A stretch of 64,000 bases of DNA, from positions 144,274,001 to 144,338,000 of the forward strand of contig OX597814.1 in the NCBI GenBank assembly GCA_951406725.2, given 5' to 3'. The notes below the pieces were generated by a model. It was not told the origin of the DNA. It worked only from the letters and a program-made list of their open reading frames with translations, and did no database searches. Source of the DNA: Octopus vulgaris (taxonomy: Eukaryota). Below, piece by piece: positions 1-15,584 of the stretch; position 1 is the stretch's first letter; every line of letters starts with the position of its first letter. Made by a program: the position numbers and the translations under genes.

Positions 1-155
<155 letters not shown>

Positions 156-157
156 TT

Positions 158-375
158 AAGGCGGCAAACTGACAGAAACGTTAGCACGCCGGACGAAATG
201 CTTAGCGACATTTCGTCTGTCTTTACGTTCTGAGCTCAAATTCCACCGAGGTCGACCTTACCTTTCATCCTCTCGGGGGTCGATAAATTAAGTACCAGTT
301 GTGTACTGGAGTCGTTCTAATCTACTGGTCCCCTACCCCAAAATCTAGGGCCTTGTGCCTAGAATAGAAAAGAAT
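158..375 (+). mobile_element. SINE family A (tRNA-like head, Meta/MESC-like central domain)
   Basis: AAGGCGGC..head, degenerate B-box GCTCAAATTCC, central CCTTTCATCCT..GGGGTCGATAAA.TAAGTACCAG motif; about 20 related copies in the window. Confidence 0.85.
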
Positions 376-1380
376 ATATGCATATGCACACACGTATATA
401 CATGATATCTGAATATGGCGAGACAAGTGCACTATACACACAAAAAAAAAGTTCTTCAGTTTTACAACTTTACTGTTAATTGAATTATTTATATGAGAAG
501 AATATGAGAATTACATCATGTATTTTGCAGGTGACGAATGCCACAAACACTGCATAGGTAGAAAACGTGAGCCTGAACAATTGTTGCAAATAATTCACAA
601 TATGGTGTACTTTGAAAGCTACGTATTATACTCGTATAACTATGCATGCTTGTATATGTAATGGATATTAACGCTGTCCTAAACATGTTGTTGGTCTTGT
701 TGATATACATACGTGTATCCATCTGTACATATACATATATATACATATGTATATATAGATGTGTGTGTGTGTATGTGTGTGTGTGTGTGTGTATGTGTGT
801 ATGTATTTCACTTAAGTATTGCAATACTAAAAACCTAGTATAGAACTCAATATACGTTGGCTTCTTAGCGAAACGTTAGTCGAGTATAGAGCGATAAAAA
901 GAAAAGATGATAACAAACAGAATAAAGGATTACTAACTAATGAAGTTCATAACATATTCGTATATTCCTTCGCCATCTGCTTATTTTATATGTATGTATA
1001 AATGCGTGTGTGTGTGAGAGAGAGAGAGAGAGTGGGCGCATATGTGTGTGTGAGTGTGTGTTTGAGTGTGAGTGTGTGTGTGCGTATCTGTGTATATATA
1101 TATATATATATTTGAATATGTATATATACATATAAACATATGTATGTACGTATGTATGTATGTATGTATGTATGTATGTATGTGTGTATGTATGTATGTA
1201 TGTATGTATGTATGTATGTATACGTTTTTGCATATCTATCTACACCTATCCCAAATGACAAATTTATTATAAATATTAACCTTAGTGATTAGTTTAAACA
1301 CAAGTCTTATATATACATATATATAGTCATGTATGTATATTCTTTTATAGTAATTTTTATATTACATACGTTCATATATA

Positions 1381-1413
<33 letters not shown>

Positions 1414-1433
1414 ACATATATGTATATATATAC

Positions 1434-1486
<53 letters not shown>

Positions 1487-1518
1487 TATACATATATATA
1501 TATATATATACATATAGG

Positions 1519-1611
<93 letters not shown>

Positions 1612-1852
1612 GGGCGTATGTATCATACCTGTACGTACATCTACCTGAATATACATGTAGTTATACATATTTATCATATAAATACACATGTGCATGTATG
1701 AATGTATATATATATTCTTTTCTCTTATGAGGTTTTTCACGCTAACTACCTGATAATTTCTTGTTAAGATTCCTTATTAAGAGGTTATCCTTAATTGTTA
1801 AATTTATATATATATATATAGATAAGAAAGTTTGTTTGGTAAAGCACGTGGG

Positions 1853-1906
<54 letters not shown>

Positions 1907-1953
1907 ATATATATACACACACATATACATATATAGAGATATAGATATACTGC

Positions 1954-1984
<31 letters not shown>

Positions 1985-2357
1985 TATACTGTATCTATAT
2001 GCACATATATATACATATATACACACACACACAAACACTCGCGCACGCGCACACAGACACGAACACATGCATGTGCACACACGTCTATCTATGTATGTAT
2101 ATAAATGTATATATATATATATATGCATATTGTTATATGTATGTAAAGATATATATATATATATATATATATATAATCTTCCCACCCTAATGCACTGGTC
2201 ACGCTGGGATACCAATACGTAACATTGCTGGACCATCGCGTGATACGAACTCGCAATCTTCTGACCATGATACACACGCACTCATATTAGCATGTAAATC
2301 CATACAAAATTATATTTGGATATATACAAATTAATACATATATATATATATGATATA

Positions 2358-2587
2358 CAATAATCCCTCGACATATCGATGTTCACCTGTCGCGATTCGC
2401 CTATCGCGGTTCATTATTTAAGCTAACGTCGATTTCTCCGTGGTGTTGTTTTGCATTTATAACAAAAAAATATAACCAAATTATAAAGAGCAAAAAAAAA
2501 ATATTCAGTACTGTTTCTAATTCACGGATTTTCTCCTATCGCGCTGGGCTTTGGAACGTAACACCCGCGACAGTCAAGGGATTACTG
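2358..2587. mobile_element. pogo/Tigger-type MITE
   Basis: Imperfect TIRs CAATAATCCCTCGAC / GTCAAGGGATTACTG flanked by TA on both sides. Confidence 0.75.
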
Positions 2588-2915
2588 TATAGGTATCAAT
2601 AGATATATGAACCATAAACATTCATTTATGTATATATATATGCATGTCAGTATTTGTGTGGTGAGTATGTATAGATATGGGTATACATGGGTAGTTTGTA
2701 CTATTTGCAAGTGTAACTTGTGTGTTCATAATTACGTGCATGTATGTGTACAAATGCATTCACACACATACGTACACGCACGCAAACACAAACACAGACA
2801 CACACACAGACAGAAGTATATATAAATAAATATATATATATATATATACATATATATACATACATATTATATACATGTAGTTATGTACATGCTTAATTGT
2901 TCATATATATATATA

Positions 2916-2962
<47 letters not shown>

Positions 2963-3429
2963 CTATATATGTATATATATATACACATATATATGCATTA
3001 TATATATATATATATAAACATAGGGACACATATATACGAATATACATGCATATCTTTTATCTTATACCTGCTTCATTAGACTGCGGCCATGCTGGGGCAC
3101 CGGCTTGACGCATATAAGTCAAACGAATAGACCCCAGTACCACTAGCGTAACTGCCTGAGAGACGCAGGAGCAAATTTAGGAGACAGAAATTGTATCTGT
3201 GTTGGTCCCTCTAGCAGACCTTAACACTGGTGTTCTTTCATTTATGTCCGTGTAGCCTTAGTCGTTCAGCAAAAGAGTTCGATAAAATGGGTATCTGACT
3301 TTTAAAACATTTACGATTTACGAGTATATATATATATGTATGTATGTATGTATATATATATAGTGAATCCAAACAAAGAATAAACAAAAAAAAGCAAGAA
3401 GGATGTGAGGACGTGGTACAAGTACTGTA

Positions 3430-3772
<343 letters not shown>

Positions 3773-3871
3773 TGTCGTCGACTTGTTGGAGTAAAGCCTT
3801 CAGGGTAGTGCATAAGTTTGGCCGCTGTTCAGTAATTGAAACAAGTAATAAAAATTAATAAAACTACACTA

Positions 3872-3934
<63 letters not shown>

Positions 3935-3962
3935 ACACAAACAAGCACACACACACACACAG

Positions 3963-4026
<64 letters not shown>

Positions 4027-4610
4027 GCGAGCCTGTGTGTGGATATGCGTATGATGTATGAACTTCCATTTGGTGGTGAAACAGATCACAATCACCATGT
4101 TGGCTGAATATTCCGCAGACAGCGTGTAGCCTTAAGCGTAATACCCAAGTGGAATCTTTGTGATACTATGTGACAAAGCTTCTCTATTAAAATTGCAGTC
4201 CATCCGACGAGTTTCTGTCCTTCCAAATATATTCACAAACCCTGGACCGATACAAAACTCCGGAAAAGCTTACGCAGATAACTGTCCGAAATGCAACACG
4301 GTAGGCTCGTCACCACGTTCTTATGGTAACTAAATAAATAAATTTCCTGAACACTAAACTATTCTTGAGTACTTGTATATGCCTGTAACTACATACACAC
4401 ACACACACACACATATATAAGCATATAAATGTACACACATGTGTGTGTATATATACTCGAATATATATATATTCTATATTACACATTTTCATATATACAT
4501 ATATGTATTTATACACATACATATACTATATTATGCACGTTCATTTATATACATATATAAATATATACACACACACATAAATATGTGTAGGTAAATATAT
4601 ATATATATAT

Positions 4611-4651
<41 letters not shown>

Positions 4652-5672
4652 CATGCATATATACATACATGTGTGTATTTGTATGTGTGTGTGTGTAAGT
4701 AGACATATATGTACATACCTACAACTCCAGTGAGACAAATGCAAGTTCTCAAATATTTTTTCTTTACTCACATTCTTTCAAGAATACCGAAAAAAACTGA
4801 AATAGTCATTCACACAGAGACACATATGCATACGACACAACGAACACAAACACTCACACATATATATACACACAAACACACAGATATGTCTACAATCACA
4901 CCCTTTGCCATCCCATAATATAACAATGTCTTTGAAGCAGATGTGTATATTTTGGCGACGCATATGGAGAATTCGTTTCTCTTCATTACGTACTCTTGAT
5001 AATGCAATCATAGTTTCTGACAATGATGGAGCATCTAAGGACCTCACGACATTGTAGAAATAACACCTAAAGTTCTCATTAATTACACCTTTCCTTGTAT
5101 TGAAAAAGAAACGCAATGAATAATGTATAGCCAGTTACACTTAACACTTTTGAAGTGTCTCCGAAAATATGTCTTTCTAGTCATGTCTGACATAAGGTTA
5201 AACGACAATAGAAATGATGATGTCGAGGCAACAGGGCATTACCCAGTTGATACAATAGGCTAGAAATAGCAACTAAATGTACGTCAAATTTGATCCCTAA
5301 ATATGTTTTTTAAAAGGTGAAGGTGCGTTAGGTTGCATGAATTCGATGGCGCACGACACCTCTGAAGGTAGAAGATAATGCCAGCTGGAATGACTTCGAA
5401 CATAGGCAGACATGTTTTAAATAGTGCATACTAAACAAAGTAGAAACAAAAATAGACAGAATATGGATAGAAGATCGAATTTATCTCGACAAAGTTGAAG
5501 CGTTGTGGACGTTACATCACACATCTAAACCATTTCCTTCACCATTTCAATTATTAAAAATAAAATAAAATTATTGTTTCTCGAAGAATTTAGTACAATA
5601 TATAATAACAAATAGATTGCATATATGAATATGAGTGTGTCTGTGAAAGAGACACAGAGAAAGAGATAAAGT

Positions 5673-5765
<93 letters not shown>

Positions 5766-5884
5766 TTTATATACATATATATATATATATATATATACAT
5801 ATATATACATATATATATATATCCATGAGTTTAAAGAAGGGAAACAGTAGATAAAGACTATATATTTCATATATAAATATATAC

Positions 5885-5925
<41 letters not shown>

Positions 5926-6149
5926 TATATATATATATATATATGTATCATTTATATACATTCATATATTACACATATATACATACATACATATATATGC
6001 ATGTATATATATATATATATATATATATTTGTGTGTGTATTCGCAACGTATTTATAAGTGAAAAATTTATATTTGGAAATATGTCGGTATATAAGCATAT
6101 ACTCATATAAATAACATATATATATTTATACATACATTAAAGATATATG

Positions 6150-6181
<32 letters not shown>

Positions 6182-6195
6182 TATATACATATATA

Positions 6196-6265
6196 AATTA
6201 AATTAGAGATAAAACCACTATTAGGCAAATCAAACAGTGAAAAACATAAACCAAAACATAAAAAT
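6196..6265. mobile_element. Interspersed repeat end (probable Penelope-like LTR fragment) next to (TA)n
   Basis: Near-identical to ~14676-14745 (AAATTAAATTAGAGATAAAACCACTATTAGGCAAATCAAACAGTG). Confidence 0.5.
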
Positions 6266-6286
6266 AAATATACTCCCTAATATTTT

Positions 6287-6328
<42 letters not shown>

Positions 6329-6601
6329 ACACATATTTTACATATATATACGGGTGCACAAATTTTTGTGTTTGTGTATATGCATATATTTACATATATA
6401 TGTATATATGTTATACATCCATGTACATTCATATATTTAGATATATGTATACGTGTACTCATACGTATGTATGAATTATATATATACATTCATGCATGCA
6501 TGCATGTATGTATGAATGTATCTATCTATGCACAAATGCACAATCTTATGCATCTGCATATATATCATAGTTATACACATATATATTTATACATGTGTAT
6601 G

Positions 6602-6650
<49 letters not shown>

Positions 6651-6865
6651 CCTCCACACAGACACGCACTCAAAATAGAAGATTAATAAAAGATTAATAT
6701 ATAAGATTAACTGCATAACCGCATATATGCGGATTTGTATATACATGCACATTTACGCATGTTAATATAAATGAGTAATGTAAGTAAATACATGCATTCA
6801 CACGACATACATACACACATATGTACATATGCAGTATGTATATATATATACTATGTATATATATA

Positions 6866-6919
<54 letters not shown>

Positions 6920-6984
6920 GTTTTAAATAGTGCATACTAAACAAAGTAGAAACAAAAATAGACAGAATATGGATAGAAGATCGA

Positions 6985-7030
<46 letters not shown>

Positions 7031-7386
7031 TCATATTTATCTATATATTTATACACACATACATACATGCACGCACATATATATATAGATGGGTATATTT
7101 ATTTACGGTTCCCTATAAAATCATATAGTTACCAGTACAGATCTCTTTTCTAAGCGTAAACGTAAGTTACCTGGGGTTTTTTTTTTTGCTTGTTTCTGGT
7201 ATAACCATATAGTTTTATTATAACTAAGGGTATCGTATGGTTGACACAATCGTATGCAACACTTAGTTAATGTTAACCGCTTGACACCTGTAAATTACCA
7301 GGATATAATCCTCTTCAGGAATATTTAACATATTCATATTTAACATCTATCTATCTATCTACTATCTCTTATATATATACGTATGC

Positions 7387-7424
<38 letters not shown>

Positions 7425-7425
7425 C

Positions 7426-7477
<52 letters not shown>

Positions 7478-8359
7478 TACATATATAATATATATATATA
7501 TGTATATATAAGTAGGTATATATGTTTGAATGTATGCATATGTATTCATATATCTTTATATATATGAATATATATTATATATATATATATATGTATGTAT
7601 GTATATATTGTGCATATAATATATATATATATATATATACACTATATTTGTGCACACATACATGCACATATGCACATATAGATATTATCTATAAACTTGC
7701 AAGCATTATGTTACAAACATTATATGTACGTTCGTGTGTGTGTGTGTGTGTGAGTGCAAACACACACGCACACACACACACACGCATGTATAGGTACATC
7801 TATGAATATACATGTTTACGTGCATGCACATATACGTATATATGAATATATACATGCGCACACACACACCAAAGTATATGTTTATCTCTTTGTGTGTATA
7901 TATGTATGTATATATCTGTGTGTATATATATGTGTATATATATATATATGTATGTATATACGTGTGTATATATATATATGCATATATTTATATGAATATT
8001 TATATTATTTGCATGCATACAGACACACAGACCTGCATATATATATATATATATATATATACATACATACAAGCATACATACATAGATTCAGACATACAT
8101 GCATACATACATACATACATGCATACATACATACATACATACATACATATACACATATATATATATATTTATACATGTGTGTATGTATCTTTATTGGTGT
8201 GTATGTGTGTTTGTGCATATATATGTATATATTCTATGACGCAATTATTTTAGTCCCAGCATACGATCTGGTGACATATCTGTCGGCAAACAAGTGTAAC
8301 TCAATATTGAACACACACCCATGTCCGCACCTTCAAACAATCACAAAATCAGATAATGA

Positions 8360-8429
<70 letters not shown>

Positions 8430-8539
8430 TGAACAAATAATAAATATACTATTTAATAATGTAATACTTTCATATTTATGGACAGATATATATGCATATA
8501 TAAATAACGCAGACGGGTTGATGTTCATACATGAACACA

Positions 8540-8615
<76 letters not shown>

Positions 8616-8652
8616 CAGACACACATATATATGTATGGCTGTATATGTATCG

Positions 8653-8733
<81 letters not shown>

Positions 8734-8958
8734 TATATGTATGCATGTATGTATGTATTCAGATATTGCAATGAAAAGTTTAACAGTGACTTTGATGTGA
8801 AGTTTCGGGTTACCAGACGTTGTCACACTGGTAATCTAAAACTTTAAAGTTACAGTCAATCTTGTCCCTGTAAGAAGTAATGAATATGTACTATATTAAA
8901 AGATTATGAGGCAATCCTTTAATTTAATGATAAAATTAATTAAATGGATAACTGGTGA

Positions 8959-9013
<55 letters not shown>

Positions 9014-9051
9014 CATACATACATAAATACATACATACATACATACATACA

Positions 9052-9083
<32 letters not shown>

Positions 9084-9425
9084 ATCGTATTTTATACACA
9101 GCACTTAGACACGTATATATGTGCATATACGTATCGATTCGTGTATGCGTGCGTGTGTATGTAAGTATATAGATGCACACTCGCTCAGTACACGTTTACA
9201 CGCTTGTATGATATTCTGAATATTTTTGTGTCTGTTTAGAAACACATAAATATACATATGCGTAAATATATATTCAACTACATAACCATCAATACATGTG
9301 TGTGTGTGTGTGTATGTATGTATACATACATATATATATGTATGTATATATATATATATATGCATGTATGTATATATATATGTATCTATGTATATGCATA
9401 TGTTTATATTTGTATATACATATAC

Positions 9426-9518
<93 letters not shown>

Positions 9519-9690
9519 GATGACTATACTTATTTCTTTTATGGATTTGTTTTCGCTGTTTTTGGTTGTTTTTCTGTAAGTCAATGTTATACTTTTAAGA
9601 ATACCAAGTTCGACATATGTAAATGGATTCGATAGACTTATAATTAGAGTAATAGATATAACCAGATCGACGACTGTTAAATATACAAAC

Positions 9691-9759
<69 letters not shown>

Positions 9760-9793
9760 TATATATAGATAGATAGATAGTTAGATAGATAGG

Positions 9794-9873
<80 letters not shown>

Positions 9874-10295
9874 ACATAAACTGAGATCAAATATTATATT
9901 ATTCTGTATCAATTCGATCTTTAAAGCCAGTATGTATACACCTATTGCTTTTGTATGCATACATGCATATATACATACATACAAGGCTGAGAAACATAGA
10001 CACATATACTTGTCGGACATATTTCAGCCTTTTTGTTTTTTTCTTAATTTGGTCATAATTATATATTTGTTTAACGAAAACTTTGTCATGACTGGAAGAT
10101 TAAGAATTATTTTACATTACCTGTATTGGGGGTACACATACACAGCTCCGTCCATTGCAGAATTGTAGCGATTATATTTTGTTAGGACACCTCAACACAC
10201 AAAGCGAGCGACAGTAAGTGATACGGGGTAGAGAGAAAGATAGAGAGAGAGAGAGAAAGAAAAGAAAGATTGAGAGAGCGAGAGAGACTGGCAGT

Positions 10296-10335
<40 letters not shown>

Positions 10336-10684
10336 AAAAATGAAAGAAAGAAAGGAAGAAAGGGTGAGGGAGGGTGAAGTGAGCGGAAAGAAGAAATAGA
10401 TAGAGTGAGCTAGAAATATAGAGATTAAAATGGAGACCGAAAGAGCTAGTGAAATACATGTGTGTTTATGCGTGTGCATGTGTGTGTGTGTGTGTGTCTG
10501 TGTGTGTGTGTGTGTGCAAATATATACTGATAGAGTAAAATATAAAAGGAGAGCAAGAGAGGGAAAAGATTAGGAGGGTCGTAGTGTGGCTGGGAAGAGG
10601 AGAAAAAGTGAGTAGGTAGGAGGAATAAAGAGTAATATGCGTGAGTGTGTGCGCATGTGCGTGCGTGTATGTATATGTGTGTAT

Positions 10685-10742
<58 letters not shown>

Positions 10743-11130
10743 TCGTAACCGGTGTTTACGAGAGGTATAAAAGTGTGGAGAGAAGCGCTGCAACGTACGA
10801 GATAGTTAAAGTATCCTCCGTCTCACATGCATACATAAGACTAAAAAATAACCACCCCACCCACCCTACTGTTGAGTGTAAGTCTCAGAGGTCTGTACCA
10901 CTCACTCGGAGGAGTATCTCGGTGTTTAATGTGGTCCTGCCTTCTGCTTGATCCTGCAGCCGTCCTATTTGTTCAGTAGGTCCGCTTAGAAGCGCACCTA
11001 TTATCTCTATCTATCAATCGGCTTGCTCTCTTTCCCAACGCGATGGACAGATACGTACACAGATAGACAGGCCGGCGGGCAGGCAGGACGGTGTAGATAA
11101 GCAGATAGATAGACAGACGGATAGACAGGC

Positions 11131-11193
<63 letters not shown>

Positions 11194-11242
11194 AGGAGAG
11201 ATAGATACATTGATTGATTGATTGACTGATTGATTGATTGAC

Positions 11243-11317
<75 letters not shown>

Positions 11318-11379
11318 GAATGGATGGACGGATGGATAGACAGACAGACAGACAGACAGACAGATAGATAGATAGATAA

Positions 11380-11457
<78 letters not shown>

Positions 11458-11614
11458 TATTGAACGTTGTGTTTGACTGATGATTTGGCGATATCTCTCA
11501 CCTGTGAGACAACAGTTCTCCAACTCACCGCCTCCCAAAACATCATAACCGACCGCACCACAGCCATGTCGTCGTCATCATCATCATCATAGCCACCATC
11601 ATTATCTTTCCAAC

Positions 11615-11891
11615 CATCTCTCTCTCTTTCTCTCTCTCCCTCTCTCTCCCTCTCTCTCTCTCTCTTTCTTCTCCCTTGTTTGCTAACTTTCTTTCGCTTT
11701 TTATTTCTTTCCCTCTTTCTTATTACCCATTCACAAGTAAATTTCTCTCGTTTCCACCGTTTCTCACTTTTCTGGTCATGTCTCTCCCTCTACCTGTCTG
11801 GTTCCCACCCTCTCTCACTCACTCTCCCTCTCCCTCTTCTCTTTCTCTCCCTCTTCTCCTTCTTTCCCTCCCACTCACTCATCATTTGTCA

Positions 11892-11951
<60 letters not shown>

Positions 11952-12400
11952 CATATTTCCCCTCCACCATTTGCTCCTCCCTTTCCTTCCTCGCCCCCCC
12001 TACATATTTTTCTTTGAGACACAATAGAACACTCTAACTTTCACTCCCTCACACTCCCCCTCAAACACACACACATCCTTTCTCTGATCCACTTTCTCTC
12101 TCCCACTCTCTCTCCCCTCTTTCCCAACTCTTTCTCACTCTCACCCTCTCTCTCTCTCTCTCTTTCCCTCATACACAACCACTATCATTCTCATATAAAC
12201 ACATATTTACCCACTATACTCCCTCCCAGCTCATATTTATATTATCTTTCAGTCCTCTCACCTCTCCCCAACTCACACTGCTCCTCTCTTTTCATACTTT
12301 AATCTCACAAATTTCTCGTCTCTATCTCTCACTCCTTCTTTCATATTCCTCTCCCTATCTCCGCCACATCACCTCTCACTCACGTTACTTTTCTCCGTTC
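11615..12400. repeat. CT-rich polypyrimidine low-complexity tract
   Basis: Strong C/T strand bias with (CT)n runs. Confidence 0.85.
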
Positions 12401-12472
12401 CACGTATCTCGGATAGACACACGTTTTCATACATACATGATCACATGCAACCATTCAATGATATATAGAAAC

Positions 12473-13070
12473 AAGGCGGTGAGCTGGCAGAAACGTTAGC
12501 ACGCCGGGCGAAATGCGTAGCCGTATTTCGTCTGCCGCTACGTTCTGAGTTCAAATTCCGCCGAGGTCGACTTTGCTTTTCATCCTTTCGGGGTCGATTA
12601 AATAAGTAGCAGTTACGCACTGGAGTCAATATAATCGACTTAATCCGTTTGTCTGTCCTTGTTTGTCCCCTCTGTGTTTAGCCGCTTGTGCGTAGTAAAG
12701 AAATGGGTATTTTGCCTATCTTTATGTTCTTCTGAGTTCAAATTCCGCCAAGGTCGACTTTGCCTTTCGTCCGTTCGTTCGTCGATAAATCAAATGCCAG
12801 TTGCGTACTGATGTTGAGCTAATCGACTGGCCCCTACCCCAAAATTTGGGGTTTTGTGCCTTGAGTAGAAAAGAATAATACATAGAAACACAAAATCGTT
12901 AGTGGCATTGCGTCCGTCTTTACGTTCCGTGTTCAAATGCCGCCCAGGTCGGCTTTGCCTTTCATCCTTACGTAGTAGATAATATAAGTACCAGTTGAAC
13001 ACTGGGGCCGATGTAGTCGACTTAACCCCTCTCCTGAAGTATCTGGGCTTGTGCCGAAATTTGAAACCAA
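12473..13070 (+). mobile_element. Tandem cluster of three SINE family A units
   Basis: Three successive GTTCAAAT..GGTCG.CTTTGCCTTTC cores. Confidence 0.85.
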
Positions 13071-13261
13071 TAATACATACACACATACATGTAATGCACA
13101 CATACATACATGTAATACATATATGCATGCAAGTATAAGTACAAATGTCCATGACGTTCATGCATATATATGTCAGTATATAAATTCATAAATATAAGCA
13201 TTTATATGTGTGCATATATGTATATGATTTATACCTCCATAAATACATATACACATATGTG

Positions 13262-13565
13262 CAGTGGTGGACTGGGTCTAAAAATATTGGTTGCCAGGAG
13301 ACTATGGAGGCCCACCCGCAACCACAAGGGGGCCCACCCGCAACTACAATGCTAGCATTTAATTTATTTATATTTATTTATCTTTTTTTCTTAAAAGTAT
13401 TCTTTTCAACTCTCTACAAACGCATCCAGGCTGAAATAATGCATTCTTCCAAGAGTGAATAAAAAATTCTCAAATTTGAGGGGATGGGTCCTCATATATG
13501 GATTCTAATGGTGCAGGAGCTCACTTGCCATCGGGTAAGCTGGCAACCTGGCCACTCCGCCACTA
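13262..13565. mobile_element. hAT-type MITE
   Basis: TIRs CAGTGGTGGACTGG / CCACTCCGCCACTA with perfect 8-bp TSD CATATGTG (13254-13261, 13566-13573). Confidence 0.85.
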
Positions 13566-13944
13566 CATATGTGCATTTTACGTAAAATCATTCAGAAGAA
13601 CGGATATAATTTTAACTGAATTTTAACTGAAAGAGTAAACAACACGTTTAAGTAGGATATTAAAAATGTTTTTTATGAGAAAAACAATCACATCGACTTT
13701 AATGCTTTACAGGTCATTGCCTTCATCTGATGAAGACAATCACAAGCAAAACTTCAAAGGCACAAACAATCAAACTTTTCCTGAAAAATTAAATACACGT
13801 AATGTATATAGATAGACACATATATATATGCGCGCGCACAAACACACACACACACAAATATTTTTTATGTACATGTATTTATCTATATCAATGCTTTTAT
13901 CTATCTCTTTATCTATCTATCTATCTATCTGTATATATATACAT

Positions 13945-14256
13945 ATATCACCGTGATCACCGTGACCGACCAGGCTATCAGATGTTGCTACACATCGCTG
14001 GTCACGATGCGCTTCACATTGTTTTAGCCTTCAAATGACGCCACCCCGCTGGCTAAACGAGCAGGCCAACAGAAAAAAGAGTGAGACAAATTTGTGGTGA
14101 AAGAGTACAGGAGGGATCGCCACAACACCCTGCCGAATCCTCGTGGAGCTTTAGATGTTTTTGCTCAATAAATGCTCACAACGTCTGGTCTGGGAATCGA
14201 AACCGCGATCTTACAACCGCGAGTCCGCTGCCCTAACCATTGGGTCTTTGCGCCTC
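13945..14256 (-). mobile_element. tRNA-derived SINE
   Basis: Minus strand reads GGCGCAAAGACCCAATGGTTAGGGCAG..GGTTTCGATTCCC (A/B boxes); body related to ~38000-38100. Confidence 0.7.
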
Positions 14257-14266
14257 CACAACATAT

Positions 14267-14374
<108 letters not shown>

Positions 14375-14603
14375 CCTGTCGTATATATGTATATATGTGG
14401 GTAGGTGTTTTTGTGTATTTATGTGTCTATGTTTGTCCCCCCCCCACGCCATCGCTTGACAACCGATGCTGGTGTGTTTACGTCCCCGTAATTTAGCGGT
14501 AGGATAAGCACTACGTAAAAAAGAATAAGTCTAGGGGTCGATTTGTTCGATTTAAGATGGTATCCAGCATGGCCACAGTCAAATGAGTGAAACTAGTAAA
14601 AGA

Positions 14604-14634
<31 letters not shown>

Positions 14635-14941
14635 AATATATGTATATATATGTGTATATATATATGAATATATATAAATTAAATTAGAGATAAAACCACT
14701 ATTAGGCAAATCAAACAGTGAAAAACACAAACCAAAACATAAAAGTAAAAATATTTAATATAATATACAAAATATATAAAATATAAAATTAAAAAATTTA
14801 AGTTATTTAAATTTAGAATTAAAATTATTAATTTATATTTGTAAATTTTAATATATATATATTTTTTAATTAAATATATATAACTATCAAAAAGTATTAA
14901 AAAGTTTAATATAAGATAAAAAGTATGAATAGATATATATG

Positions 14942-14987
<46 letters not shown>

Positions 14988-15003
14988 CATACATATATAT
15001 CTA

Positions 15004-15062
<59 letters not shown>

Positions 15063-15066
<4 letters not shown>

Positions 15067-15584
15067 AGACCTATGCAGAAAGGAACCAGTGGACAACCGT
15101 CCAACGGAGGAAGAAAAAACAGAGAGGAACTGGGGACAAGAAAACCCAGATAACATGCAAATTCTTCCGGAATGGAACCTGCTGGCATGGAGAAACAGGG
15201 GAAGGATGCAGGTTCGCTCATCCCAGGCCCTATGGAAATTGCATCAAACCCACTCGACCAAAATGCCTTAACCAAAACCAGAACAAATACAAGCTGCCCC
15301 AGAAATATGCAGACATAGTGCGTAATGCCCCAACAAGGAGAAGGCGCACATTTGCAGAGGAAATGCAGACGGCAGCAGCAGAACAAAGAAATTTTGTGGA
15401 AATGGCAGAGAAAATTGTGGGACAACTGGCCTGGATACATCGTCTTCAGAGCCAGGGGCACTCACAACAGCACTCAAGACCACCACAATCAAGGGACCCA
15501 GGGTGGCCACCGCTGACGCCGGCCCAGGTGCCACACCGTCAGCCTTTATTGACACCCCGGGTGTCTCACCAGTGCTTCTGCTGA
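15063..15584 (+). pseudogene. LINE ORF1 C-terminal remnant with CCCH zinc finger
   Basis: [22 protein letters not shown] (C-x7-C-x8-C-x3-H) followed by a Q/P-rich tail; 5' end lost in the TA tract. Confidence 0.7.

Noticed and set aside
4778-5116. 112-aa minus-strand ORF in partly unique DNA
   Set aside because: No recognisable domain and no clear donor site; runs into a microsatellite
13714-13745. Hairpin containing CTGATGA
   Set aside because: No GAAA/UH partner; the core is buried in a simple hairpin
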